Source of the DNA: Eledone cirrhosa
Taxonomy: Eukaryota
Direction of reading: 5' to 3'
Length of the DNA stretch: 64,000 nucleotides
NCBI GenBank assembly: GCA_964016885.1
Contig: OZ024744.1
Location: forward strand, 122,884,001 to 122,948,000
Positions 1 through 11,200 of this stretch are shown here, piece by piece. A program made the position numbers and the translations under genes. The notes beneath the pieces are model-generated. The model saw nothing but the letters and a program-made list of their open reading frames with translations. It was not told where the DNA came from and did no database searches. Position 1 is the first letter of the stretch; each line of letters starts with the position of its first letter.

Positions 1-1732
1 TGGTTCTGCTATTTTCTTGTCGTTGTTGCTGGGTGTGTGTGTTTTGTTGTTGTGTTTGCGATGTTGGTGCTTGTGGTGGTGGTGTTGAAGGTGTTGTTGG
101 CGGTGGGGTTGTCGCCGGTGGTGATGGTGGCGCTAGTGTGGGTGGTGATGGTGTTGGTGTTGTTGCTGCTGTGGGTCTCTTTGCAGTAGACTTTACCCTT
201 TTCTCATTTCTTTCCTCCCTTTTCAAAGGCGACGATGCGCTGCTTCTGCGTTTGTGCCTTCTTACGACCTTTTGCCATCTCTCTCCCACCTCACACTCCA
301 TGTCTGATTCTGTGAGGTCGGGGAGGGGTACCAACTCCACTCTTTCACTTGTTGTTGTTGGTGATGTTTGCACTGGAGTCTCTGTTGCAGCTGCATTTGG
401 TATTGCTGTTGTTGTTGTTAGTATTTCCACTGCTGCTGCTGTTTTTGATTTCCGTGGAGTGGGTATGGGTGCCACGGGCCTATCGTTCCTGGTTGCCGCT
501 TGTCCTGTTGCTGGTAGCCGTGGAGCCGGATTCGGAAGGAGGGGGGTTTTCTCCTTTCTCAGGGTCTTCTCGTTGCAGAAGGCCCTGAGGTGAGTCTTCG
601 ATCCACAGCGAAAGCATTTCGGGCGTTTGCCCTCAACACTTATGGGCAGTTGAGTGCCGTTATCGAAGTCTATCACATCCGGGATAGCTTCGATGCACTC
701 CTGGTTGGTTTGGATTAGCATCTCAATGGAGGAGCCGACCCAATCTTCTCTTACTTTTTTCTGTACTTGCAGTACAGTTGTTTTGTCCTCGATTCCGACG
801 AGGACAGACGCGGCCAGCCAAGAAGGGGTCATTCCGGGGGGGACGTGGGTCAGTTTGACCCTCACAATTTTTTGCCCACAGTAGGAGGGCACCAACACCA
901 TTTCCTCGCTCCTTAGGGTCACTACTGATTGGGCCTTTGCCTCCTGGGGTGTGGCAAAAAGTACGTCTACGGTGGCATATTTTTTGCCTCGGGTGATGTG
1001 CGTTTTCCGCTGCCACACAGACCCCAAGGCCTTTTGTATTTGGGCCTCTGTGGCTCTTTCCACCCTACGGGATTTTGTACTTACTGTACGGTACGTGACC
1101 GTACAGTGCTCTTGGGTTTCGAAAAAATTTTTCGCTGCCTTGCAGATTGCTCGGTGTCCGTTCTTTGTCACCATCTTCTTCGCTTCCTCTAATTCCTCAT
1201 TTGTTATGAGGATTGTTTCCAAGTTTTTCGCAATACCTGCAAATGAGATTGGTTTTTCTCTGCTGTTGTTGTTGTCGTCAGAGCTGCTGGTACTTTTGTT
1301 GTTGCTGCAGGTACTACGACTACTGCCTCCGCCGCTGTTGCTGTGGTTGTTGTTGGTGTTGCTGCTGCTAATGCTGTTGTTGTTTATGCTGCTGGTGATG
1401 CTGTTGCGGCTGCTACTGTTGTTTTCATTGTCACTGTTGCTGTTGTTATTACGGCTGCTACTGCTATTATTCCTGACGTCAGACGAATGAACTGGGTTTT
1501 CGTATTTCCCGCACACCTGTTTCGTCGCTGTCGTCGTCGTCGTGGAGAAACCTTGCACGCTTTGCACGAGACTTTTCTTTTCTTTCGTCGCTTGTGAAAG
1601 AGAAGGGAGGGAGAGAGACACATTTAAAGAAGGGAGGGAGAGAGACAATCTTCTCTCTGCTGTAGTGATGATTGAGGAAGAAGAAGACGGAATGAGTGGG
1701 AGTGACGTATGAAATTTCTTTTTCGTAGCCAT
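1..1732 (-). CDS. ORF1 (gag-like nucleic-acid-binding protein with CCHC zinc knuckle), apparently intact, C-terminus outside window
   Basis: AACATGG start at 1732 (MATKKKFHTS...), in frame with the Asn/Ser-rich tract and CFRCGSKTHLRAFC. G7 at 836-842 keeps the frame. Absent from the ORF track, consistent with no stop inside the window. Confidence 0.82.
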   Translation of the reverse strand, partial: MATKKKFHTSLPLIPSSSSSIITTAERRLSLSLPSLNVSLSLPSLSQATKEKKSLVQSVQGFSTTTTTATKQVCGKYENPVHSSDVRNNSSSSRNNNSNSDNENNSSSRNSITSSINNNSISSSNTNNNHSNSGGGSSRSTCSNNKSTSSSDDNNNSREKPISFAGIAKNLETILITNEELEEAKKMVTKNGHRAICKAAKNFFETQEHCTVTYRTVSTKSRRVERATEAQIQKALGSVWQRKTHITRGKKYATVDVLFATPQEAKAQSVVTLRSEEMVLVPSYCGQKIVRVKLTHVPPGMTPSWLAASVLVGIEDKTTVLQVQKKVREDWVGSSIEMLIQTNQECIEAIPDVIDFDNGTQLPISVEGKRPKCFRCGSKTHLRAFCNEKTLRKEKTPLLPNPAPRLPATGQAATRNDRPVAPIPTPRKSKTAAAVEILTTTTAIPNAAATETPVQTSPTTTSERVELVPLPDLTESDMECEVGERWQKVVRRHKRRSSASSPLKREERNEKRVKSTAKRPTAATTPTPSPPTLAPPSPPATTPPPTTPSTPPPQAPTSQTQQQNTHTQQQRQENSRT

Positions 1733-1948
1733 GTTGTTTTTTTGTTTAAAATGAAATTTTGGGTACAAAACCCCAATAACTGGTTATTTAACCCCGAAGG
1801 GCCAAATAACGGACAGAAAGACCCCTCTCACGAGGAGGAGGGTGTCTTTATCAACAATTTGGTTCAAGTTTTAAACAATTTACAATTGTTTTAACGGTTA
1901 AAAATTACTATACCTTACAGAGCCGAGCCTCCGTCAACCATGGCATTC
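1..1948 (-). mobile_element. Tx1-like non-LTR retrotransposon, copy 1 (5' part: 5' UTR + ORF1; continues left of window)
   Basis: Near-identical to ~6050-8007 of copy 2; 5' end (minus GAATGCCATGGTTGACGG) abuts (AAT)6. Confidence 0.93.
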
Positions 1949-1966
1949 AATAATAATAATAATAAT
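1949..1966. repeat. (AAT)6 spacer between Tx1 copies 1 and 2
   Basis: Read directly. Confidence 0.97.
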
Positions 1967-2228
1967 GATTTCTTTATTAACCACAAGGGTTTACATAAAG
2001 TAGACATTAAGGACAGTGCAGGACAATGCAGGACGGTACAAATGGGCATTTCTGCGTGTAAAAAAACAAAAACAGAGGATGTAACAAAAATAACAATGAA
2101 AATAACAATGAAAAATTCCCCAATAGGGGGGAGACTTCGGAGGGACATTTGTGGAGAAAGCCCAGTAAAAAGCCACAATGACCCTGACCACCAAGGCAAG
2201 TGCCCTCTCCCAGTTTTCCACCTTTAGT

Positions 2229-5200
2229 TTACAGATATATACTCAGAGTCGGCCCATTCACTCGGGCCATTCTTGCTTCTCTCACCCATCTTTCAACAAA
2301 ATGCTGGAAAGAGAGCACTTCCTTCTCTACTCTGATTTTCCTTTTCAAATGAAATTTGAAAAAGTCAATCAGAGCATCACCGAAGAGGTAAGTGCTCGTC
2401 TTCAGCCCTTTCAAACGTGTCCACCATACTATCTCTTTCGCCATGGCCACCAGACAGATAAAAACTGCCTGCCCTTCCCGGCTAAAGGAGGAGGGCGGGG
2501 CAATCCTCACGATAGACTCAGATGATAGCTGGATCCGTCCTAAACGCGACAGCAGGTGTTCGACATAAACCCACAAGTCAGCAATTTTCGGACACTGGAC
2601 GAGTGCGTGCAGGACGGTTTCGTCGCCCTGCGCGCATCTCGGACATGCCCGGCTGACGGCACCTCCATGCCTGTAGAGTTTATCCCGAACTGGCAAGGCT
2701 CCTCGGTAGCACTGCCAGGCCAGAGATTTCTGGAAGTTGTCCATAGGCCCCGGCCCGAAAGTTCTTCCGAAGAGATTGGCTAGTTGATTTTCGTCGACGC
2801 CTAGAGTTTCCCCAAGTACGTCGTCGCTCTTCCCCTCCACTAATCCTCTATAGAACGCCGAGGTGGAGTTTCCACCGATCACATTGCCCGATTGGTCGAG
2901 GGCTGTGAGCGCCTGAAGACATTCCAGTCTCCAGGCGCTCCCTCTCGGTCTTCGCTTGACCCAGGACTGCAGCTCCGTCAAGGAAACGAGCTGGGGAAAA
3001 ACGCGTCTAGCAAACGGCGACCACACCTGATCACCGTCGAGGAAGAGGTGGAGATGTCGTAGCCTGAGCGCGTGCCTGCGCATCATCAGCCACGGCATGC
3101 CCAGCCCTCCACGTAGCGGGTGTTGACAACAGATGGACCGCCTGACCATCGGAGCACGTCCCTTCCACAAAAAGCGAAAGAGCAAACGCTCCAGCGCAGT
3201 CAGGCGAGGCTTAGGACAAGGTACGACGGTTAGGCGGTAGCAGATGACAGACGCGATGTACGCGTTAGCCACCTCCGCTCGACCTTTCAGGGATAGCTTC
3301 CTCTCCGCCCATTTCTGGGTGAGAGAAGCCACCCTGCTCGTCACCTCGTCCCAGTTTTTGTCCGTCTGGAGGTCCGGACCGAACCAGACCCCTAGCAATT
3401 TAACCGGTCCGTCCGTCCAGCGCCCGACGACGCTGTTGGACGGCATGGACCTGCCTCTCCAGGTGCCGAGCTGCAGGCCCACTGACTTTTCCTGGTTGAT
3501 CATTGCTCCTGTCACCGCTTCGTATTCTCTTAGTGTAGTGCCGATCGCCTCGATGTGTTTGGCGTTCGACACCACTACGGTGACATCGTCCGCATATGCT
3601 GACACGGATCTTCCGCATCCTAGTTCGCGCGGGACTCCCCTCAACGTCTCCAGTTTGTGCAGTAATGGCTCGAGAGTCAATACGTACAAGAGGGACGAGA
3701 GGGGACATCCTTGGCGGACCGAGCGCATGATGTTGAACGGTTCCGACAGGTGACCGTTCACTCTCACTACAGAGCAGATGTCGCTGTGCATGGCAGCGAT
3801 CCAGCCTCTGAAGACGGGCCCAAAGCCAGCCGCCCTCAGGACTGCCGCTAGGTAACGATGGTCGACCCTATCGAAAGCTTTCGACTGATCTAAATTGATC
3901 AAGGACCCACCCGTGCCAGGTTCCCTAGCTACCCTCTCTACGATGTATCGCATGAGGTGGAGGTTGTCGTGGATGGATCTGTCGGGAATGGCGCATGTCT
4001 GCGCCTCTCCCACCAGACCACCAACGACAAGCGCCAACCTCTTTGCTAGCACCTTGGCCAAAATCTTAAACTCTGTGTTTAGCAGAGTTATGGGCCGGAA
4101 ATTGTCTATGTTATCCCCCTTGTTCGGATCCTTTCTCAGCAGTGCCACCGCTCCTCGGCTCACAGAACTGGGAATTCTCCCGTTCTGTTGCCAGTTGCAG
4201 TAGACGTCCGCCAAGAGGCCTCCGAACAACTCTGGCATCTGTACGTAAAGTTCATAGGGCAGACCATCCAAACCAGGCGATTTACCCCTTGTGCAGCCAG
4301 TCATTGCCTCCCTTACTTCAGCGGCTGTTATCGGCTTTTCGCAACACTTCGCCTCAGTGGCCGAGAGCCGCGGCAGTCCGTCGAGGTAGACACTAAAGTC
4401 CATCCCTCTACCCGGCCCCCCGCTGCCCCCGAACAGCTGAGCGAAGTGTCGCTGAAAAGCTTCACACATTTGCCCGGGATCGAGTAGCATGCGCCCGTCG
4501 TGGTCCACCAAAGACCGGATCGTGGCTTTGTTGCCACGACGCGCCTCCGCCACTCGGGCCCATTGAACGGCTTTCGTCCCCTCGTGTCTGAGAGCACGCA
4601 CCCTAGCTCTGACAACGCAGACTTCGTGCTTTGCATTGAAGAATTGGTCAAGGGCCAATTTCGCCGCAAGCACGTCGGTCGCAATGCCTTTGCTAAGCGC
4701 CTCGTCTAATTTTCTAACTAGTTCTCCCTCTGCTCTATTTTTCTCTATTGCTAAAGCCTTACTAAACCTAATCGATTCTATTCTAATCGCTCTTTTCAGA
4801 GCAAACCACCACTTGTTGTTGACGATGGCCCCCGTCAACGCCCTCTTAACTAGTTCGCTAATCCGGTCTCTGTAGGCCTTGCGCGCTGGTAAGGACGCGT
4901 TTAGCTTCCAGTAGCCGGGTCCTCGTCTATGAAGCCTATCTAAGTCAAGCACACAGGTCACGAATTTGTGGTCCGTGTAGCTGACTATCTTGAATTGTGG
5001 ACAGCCTATGCTAGACCTATCTATTTCCCTACAAAATACTCTATCTAGATATGATCTGGATGACCCTATGCGATTTGTCCAAGTCCACATTGGCACATTC
5101 GGGAAATCCAATCGGTACCTGTCAGACAGTTCAAAACGCCTGAGCAGGTTGGTGAGGCTATTGCACCCTCCACCCCTATCCGCTAATCCCACACAGTCCC

Positions 5201-5648
5201 AGCGTGCATCTAAGATCCCGTTCCAGTCGCCCACTAACACTAAAGAGCGGGACGTTCCAAGAAAGGTCTCCAGACGCCGGAAGAAATCAGGCCGCCCTGC
5301 TCCTGTCGGGGCATAGACGGCCACTAGCCTGAAAGCTTGCCCGTCTCCGCTGGTCACGTCCAGCACCACCAGCTTACCCTCTGGGTCCAGGAAGATGGCC
5401 CGTATGGCGAGATCCAAACCTCTCCGAAAAAGCATAGCAACTCCTCCACCCGATCCAGGACGGCTGGGAGATGCGTACACATCGTAGCCGCCGAAGATCG
5501 GTGCGAAGGCCCGTGCTTCGGAGATTCTGGTCTCGCTGATGGCCACTACATCTATGTTTAGTGACCTGAGGTCGTTGAGCAGGTGACCCTGCTTCCATGA
5601 CGACCCCAAGCCACGCGCATTTATGCTGCCTATTCTGAGTGAGGTCAT
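2229..5648 (-). CDS. ORF2 polyprotein: APE endonuclease + reverse transcriptase + C-terminal zinc finger (1139 aa, intact)
   Basis: APE motifs SINARGL, ISET, VYAP, VGDWN, YLDRVF, YTDH; GPGYWKLN; RT motifs KSPGLDGLP, FRPITLLN, DQSKAFDRVDH, RQGCPLS, YADD; C-terminal CPRC...ETVLHALVQC. Confidence 0.97.
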   Translation of the reverse strand: MTSLRIGSINARGLGSSWKQGHLLNDLRSLNIDVVAISETRISEARAFAPIFGGYDVYASPSRPGSGGGVAMLFRRGLDLAIRAIFLDPEGKLVVLDVTSGDGQAFRLVAVYAPTGAGRPDFFRRLETFLGTSRSLVLVGDWNGILDARWDCVGLADRGGGCNSLTNLLRRFELSDRYRLDFPNVPMWTWTNRIGSSRSYLDRVFCREIDRSSIGCPQFKIVSYTDHKFVTCVLDLDRLHRRGPGYWKLNASLPARKAYRDRISELVKRALTGAIVNNKWWFALKRAIRIESIRFSKALAIEKNRAEGELVRKLDEALSKGIATDVLAAKLALDQFFNAKHEVCVVRARVRALRHEGTKAVQWARVAEARRGNKATIRSLVDHDGRMLLDPGQMCEAFQRHFAQLFGGSGGPGRGMDFSVYLDGLPRLSATEAKCCEKPITAAEVREAMTGCTRGKSPGLDGLPYELYVQMPELFGGLLADVYCNWQQNGRIPSSVSRGAVALLRKDPNKGDNIDNFRPITLLNTEFKILAKVLAKRLALVVGGLVGEAQTCAIPDRSIHDNLHLMRYIVERVAREPGTGGSLINLDQSKAFDRVDHRYLAAVLRAAGFGPVFRGWIAAMHSDICSVVRVNGHLSEPFNIMRSVRQGCPLSSLLYVLTLEPLLHKLETLRGVPRELGCGRSVSAYADDVTVVVSNAKHIEAIGTTLREYEAVTGAMINQEKSVGLQLGTWRGRSMPSNSVVGRWTDGPVKLLGVWFGPDLQTDKNWDEVTSRVASLTQKWAERKLSLKGRAEVANAYIASVICYRLTVVPCPKPRLTALERLLFRFLWKGRAPMVRRSICCQHPLRGGLGMPWLMMRRHALRLRHLHLFLDGDQVWSPFARRVFPQLVSLTELQSWVKRRPRGSAWRLECLQALTALDQSGNVIGGNSTSAFYRGLVEGKSDDVLGETLGVDENQLANLFGRTFGPGPMDNFQKSLAWQCYRGALPVRDKLYRHGGAVSRACPRCAQGDETVLHALVQCPKIADLWVYVEHLLSRLGRIQLSSESIVRIAPPSSFSREGQAVFICLVAMAKEIVWWTRLKGLKTSTYLFGDALIDFFKFHLKRKIRVEKEVLSFQHFVERWVREARMARVNGPTLSIYL

Positions 5649-5683
5649 GTTTAAAATAGAGTGGAAAAGATGGGAAAGACCAC

Positions 5684-7793
5684 TTACCGTACTTTTGGTA
5701 GAGGAGGGATGGTTTTTACATCCCTTTTCACTTGATCGTCTGGTGAAGGGACCGTTGAATCGTCCCTTCGGCTGGTCGTCGGCTCTTCTAAGAGAATGTC
5801 TGAATATACTCTTCGATTGATAGTTCCTCCTAGGTCCCTGAAATCACCAACTGCGTTGGGGAATTTCGTTTTAATGTTTGTGTATTGTTTCTGTGCTATT
5901 TTTAGCAGTCTTATGTTAGTTGGCGTTTTGATTGGTGCTGGTATTATGTAGTCGTGTTGTGAAATGTCTGTGTGTTCAATTATGTAAGTCATTAGTTTCT
6001 TGTTGTGTGTATTTATTGCCGTGCATTTGTTTTTCTGGGGGTGGGGTGTGGTTCTGCTATTTTCTTGTCGTTGCTGGGTGTGTGTGTTTTGTTGTTGTGT
6101 TTGCGATGTTGGTGCTTGTGGTGGTGGTGTTGAAGGTGTTGTTGGCGGTGGGGTTGTCGCCGGTGGTGATGGTGGTGCTAGTGTGGGCGGTGATGGTGTT
6201 GGTGGTGTTGCTGCTGTGGGTCTCTTTGCAGTAGACTTTACCCTTTTCTCATTTCTTTCCTCCCTTTTCAAAGGCGACGATGCGCTGCTTCTGCGTTTGT
6301 GCCTACTTACGACCTTTTGCCATCCCTCTCCCATTTCACACTCCATGTCTGATTCTGTGAGGTCGGGGAGGGGTACCAGCTCCACTCTTTCACTTGTTGT
6401 TGTTGGTGATGTTTGCACTGGAGTCTCTGTTGCAGCTGCATTTGGTATTGCTGTTGTTGTTGTTAATATTTCCACTGCTGCTGCTGTTTTTGATTTCCTT
6501 GGCGTGGGTATGGGTGCCACGGACCTATCGTTCCTGGTTGCCGCTTGTCCTGTTGCTGGTAGCCGTGGAGCCGGTTTTGGAAGGAGGGGGGTTTTCTCCT
6601 TTCTCAGGGTCTTCTCGTTGCAGAAGGCCCTGAGGTGAGTCTTCGATCCACAGCGAAAGCATTTCGGGCGTTTGCTCTCAACACTTATGGGCAGTTTAGT
6701 GCCGTTATCGAAGTCTATCACATCCGGGATAGCTTCGATGCACTCCTGGTTGGTTTGGATTAGCATCTCAATGGAGGTGCCGACCCAATCTTCTCTTACT
6801 TTTTTCTGTACTTGCAGTACAGTTGTTTTGTCCTCGATTCCGACGAGGACATACGCGGCCAGCCAAGAAGGGGCCATTCCGGGGGGGGGGGGGGGGGACG
6901 TGGGTCAGTTTGACCCTCACAATTTTTTGCCCGCAGTAGGAGGGCACCAACACCATTTCCTCGCTCCTTAGGGTCACTACTGATTGGGTCTTTGCCTCCT
7001 GGGGTGTGGCAAAAAGTACGTCTACGGTGACATATTTTTTGCCTCGGGTGATGTGCGTTTTCCGCTGCCACACAGACCCCAAGGCTTTTTGTATCTGAGC
7101 CTCTGTGGCTCTTTCCACCCTACGGGATTTTGTACTTACTGTACGGTACGTGACCGTACAGTGCTGTTGGGTTTCGAAAAATTTTTCCGCTGCCTTGCAG
7201 ATTGCTCGGTGTCCATTCTTTGTCACCATCTTCTTCGCTTCCTCTAATTCCTCATTTGTTATGAGGATTGTTTCCAAGTTTTTCGCAATACCTGCAAATG
7301 AGATTGGTTTTTCTTTGCTGCTGTTGTTGTTGTTGTCGTCAGAGCTGCTGGTACTTTTGTTGTTGCTGCAGGTACTACGACTACTGCCTCCGCCGCTGTT
7401 GCTGTGGTTGTTGTTGGTGTTGCTGCTGCTAATGCTGTTGTTGTTTATGCTGCTGGTGTTGCTGTTGCGGCTGCTACTGTTGTTTTCATTGTCACTGTTG
7501 CTGTTGTTATTACGGCTGCTACTGCTATTATTCCTGACGTCAGACGAATGAACTGGGTTTTCGTATTTCCCGCACACCTGTTTCATCGCTGTCGTCGTCG
7601 TCGTGGAGAAACCTTGTACGCTTTGCACGAGACTTTTCTTTTCTTTCGTCGCTTACGAAAGAGAAGGGAGGGAGAGAGACACATTTAAAGAAGGGAGGGA
7701 GAGAGACAATCTTCTCTCTGCTGTAGTGATGATTGAGGAAGAAGAAGACGGAATGAGTGGGAGTGACGTATGAAATTTCTTTTTCGTAGCCAT
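5684..7793 (-). pseudogene. ORF1 of copy 2, disrupted
   Basis: ATG at 7793 matches copy 1; TAA at 7653-7655 (CAA in copy 1); G17 at 6881-6897 (G7 in copy 1) shifts the frame; knuckle CFRCGSKTHLRAFC retained. Confidence 0.88.
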
Positions 7794-8007
7794 GTTGTTT
7801 TTTGTTTAAAATAAATATTGGGTACAAAACCCCAATAAGCAGTTATTTAACCCCGAAGGGCCAAATAACGGGCAGAAAGATCCCTCTCACGAGGAGGAGG
7901 GTGTTTTTGTCTACAAGTTGGTCTAAGTTTTAAACAATTTACAATTGTTAAAGCGTTCAAAATTTACAGTACCTTACAGAGCCGAGCCTCCGTCAACCAT
8001 AGCATTC

Positions 8008-8040
<33 letters not shown>
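8008..8040. repeat. (AAT)11 spacer between Tx1 copies 2 and 3
   Basis: Read directly. Confidence 0.97.
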
Positions 8041-8041
<1 letters not shown>

Positions 8042-8284
8042 TTTTCTTTATTAACCACAAGGGTTTACATAAAGTAGACATTAAGGACAGTACAGGACAA
8101 TACAGGACGGTACAAATGGGCATTTCTGCATGTAAAAAAAACAGAGGATGTAATAAAATAACAAAGAAAAATTCCCCAATAGGGGGGAGACTTCCGAGGG
8201 ACATTTGTGGAGAAAGCCCATTAAAAGACCACAGTGACCCTGACAACCAGGGCAAGTGCCCTCTCCCAGTTTTCCACCTTTAAT

Positions 8285-11200
8285 TTACAGACACATACTC
8301 GGTCCATACTTGCTTATCTCACCCATCTTTCAACAAAATGCTGGGAAGAGAGCACTTCCCTCTCTACCTTGATTTTCCTTTTCAAATGAAATTTGAAAAA
8401 GTTAATCAGGGCATCACCGAAGAGGTAAGTGCTCGTCTTCAGCCCTTTCAAACGTGTCCACCATACTATCTCTTTCGCCATGGCCACCAGACAGATAAAA
8501 ACTGCCTGCCCTTCCCGGTTAAAGGAAGAGGGCGGGGCAATCCTCACGTTGGACTCAGCTGATAGCTGGATCCGTCCTACACGTGATAGCAGGTGTTCGA
8601 CATAAATCCACAAGTCAGCAATGCTCGGACACTGGACGAGTGCGTGCAGGACGGTTTCGTCGCCCTGCGCGCATCTCGGACATGCCCGGCTGACGGCACC
8701 TCCATCCCTGTAGAGTTTATCCCGAACTGGCAAAGCTCCCTGGTAGCACTGCCAGGCCAGGGATTTCTGGAAGTTGTCCATAGGCCCTGGCCCGAGAGTC
8801 CGTCCGAAGAGATTGGCTAGTTGATTTTCGTCGACGCCTAGAGTTTCTCCAAGTACGTCGTCGCTCTTCCCCTCCACTAATCCTCTATAGAACGCCGAGG
8901 TGGAGTTTCCACCGATCACATTGCCCGATTGTTCGAGGGCTGTGAGCGCCTGAAGACATTGCAGTCTCCAAGCGCTCCCTCTCGGTCTTTGCTTGACCCA
9001 GGACTGCAGCTCCGTCAAGGAGACGAGCTGGGGAAAGACGTGTCTAGCAAACGGCGACCACACCTGATCACCGTCGAGGAAGAGGTGGAGATGTCGTAGC
9101 CTGAGCGCATGTCTGCGCATCATCAGCCACGGCATGCCCATCCCTCCACGTAGCGGGTGTTGACAGCAGATGGACCGCCTGACCATCGGAGCGCGTCCCT
9201 TCCACAAAAAGCGAAAGAGCAAACGCTCCAGCGCAGTCAGGCGGGGCTTAGGACAAGGTACGACGGTCAGGTGGTAGTAGATGACGAACGCGATGTACGC
9301 GTTAGCCACCTCCGCTCGACCTTTCAGGGATAGCTTCCTCTCCGCCCATTTCTGGGTGAGAGAAGCCACCCTGCTCGTCACCTCGTCCCATTTTTTGTCC
9401 GTCTGGAGGTCCGGACCGAACCAGACCCCTAGCAATTTAACCGGTCCGTCCGTCCAGCGCCCGACGACGCTGTTGGATGGCATGGACCTGCCTCTCCAGG
9501 TGCCGAGCTGCAGGCTCACTGACTTTTCCTGGTTGATCATTGCTCCTGTCACCGCTTCGTAATCTCTTAGTGTAGTGCCGATCGCCTCGATATGTTTGGC
9601 GTTCGACACCACTACGGTGACATCGTCCGCATATGCTGACACGGATCTTCCGCATCCTAGTTCGCGCGGGACCCCCCTCAACGTCTCCAGTTTGTGCAGT
9701 AATAGCTCGAGAGTCAATATGTACAAGAGGGACGAGAAGGAACATCCTTGGCGGACCGAGCGCATGATGTTGAACGGTTCCGAAAGGTGACCGTTCACTC
9801 TCACCACAGAGCAGATGTCGCTGTGCATGGCAGCGATCCAGCCTCTGAAGACGGGCCCAAAGCCAGCCGCCCTCAGGACTGCCGCTAGGTAACGATGGTC
9901 GACCTTATGGAAATCTTTCGACTGATCTAAATTGATCAAGGACCCACCTGTGCCAGGTTCCCTAGCTACCCTCTCTACGATGTATCGCATGAGGTGGAGG
10001 TTGCTGTGGATGGATCTGTCTGGAATAGCGCACGTCTGTGCCTCTCCCACCAGACCACCAACGACAAGCGCCAACCTATTTGCTAGCACCTTGGCCAAAA
10101 TCTTGAACTCTGTTTTTAGCAGAGTTATGGGCCTGAAATTATCTATGTTATCCCCCTTGTTCGGATCCTTTCTCAGCAGTGCCACCGCTCCTCGGCTCAC
10201 AGAACTGGGAATTCTCCCGTTCTGTTGCCAGTTGCAGTAGACGTTCGCCAAGAGGCCTCCGAACAAGTCTGGCATCTGTACGTAAAGTTCATAGGGCAGA
10301 CCATCCAAACCAGGCGATTTACCCCTTGTGCAGCCAGTCATTGCCTCCCGTACTTCAGCGGCTGTTATCGGCTTTTCGCAACACTCCGCCTCAGTGGCCG
10401 AGAGCCGTGGCAGTCCGTCGAGGTAGACACTAAAGTCCATCCCTCGATCCGGCCCGCCGCTGCCCCCGAACAGCTGTGCGAAGTGTCGTTGAAAAGCTTC
10501 ACACATTTTCCCGGGATCGAGTAGCATCCGCCCGTCGTGGTCCACCAAAGACCGGATCGTGACTTTGTTGCCACGACGCGCCTCCGCCACTCGGGCCCAT
10601 TGAACGGCTTTCGTCCCCTCGTGTCTGAGAGCACGCACCCTAGTTCTGCCAACGCAGCCTTCGTGCTTTGCATTGAAGAATTGGTCAAGGGCCAATTTCG
10701 CCGCAAGTACGTCGGTTGCGATGCCTTTGCTAAGCGCCTCGTCTAATTTTCTAACTAATTATCCCTCTGCTCTATTTTTCTCTATTGCTAAAGCCTTACT
10801 AAACATAACGGACTCTATTCTAATTGCTCTTTTCAGAGCAAATCACCACTTGTTGTTGACGATGGCCCCCGTCAACGCCCTCTTAACTAGTTCGCTAATC
10901 CGGTCTCTGTAGGCCTTGCGCGCTGGTAAAGACGCGTTTAGCTTCCATTAGCCGGGTCCTCGTCTATGAAGCCTATCTAAGTCAAGCACACAGATCACGA
11001 ATTTGTGATCCGTGTAGCTGACTATCTTGAATTGTGGACAGCCTATGCTAGACCTATCTATTTCCCTACAAAATACTCTATCTAGATATGATCTGGATGA
11101 CCCTATGCGATTTGACCAAGTCCACATTGGGACATTCAGGAAATCCAATCGGTACCTGTCAGACATTTCAAAACGCCTGAGCAGGTTGGTGAGGCTCTTG

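Larger units (their letters stand above)
1967..8007 (-). mobile_element. Full-length Tx1-like non-LTR retrotransposon, copy 2 (~6.04 kb)
   Basis: 5' UTR, ORF1, 35-nt spacer, APE-RT ORF2, 3' UTR with AATAAA (1973-1978); flanked by (AAT)6 and (AAT)11. Confidence 0.95.

Noticed and set aside
33-1490. Plus-strand Val/Leu/Gly-rich ORFs (also 6000-6638, 7105-7551 and similar)
   Set aside because: Antisense shadows of low-complexity ORF1 codons.
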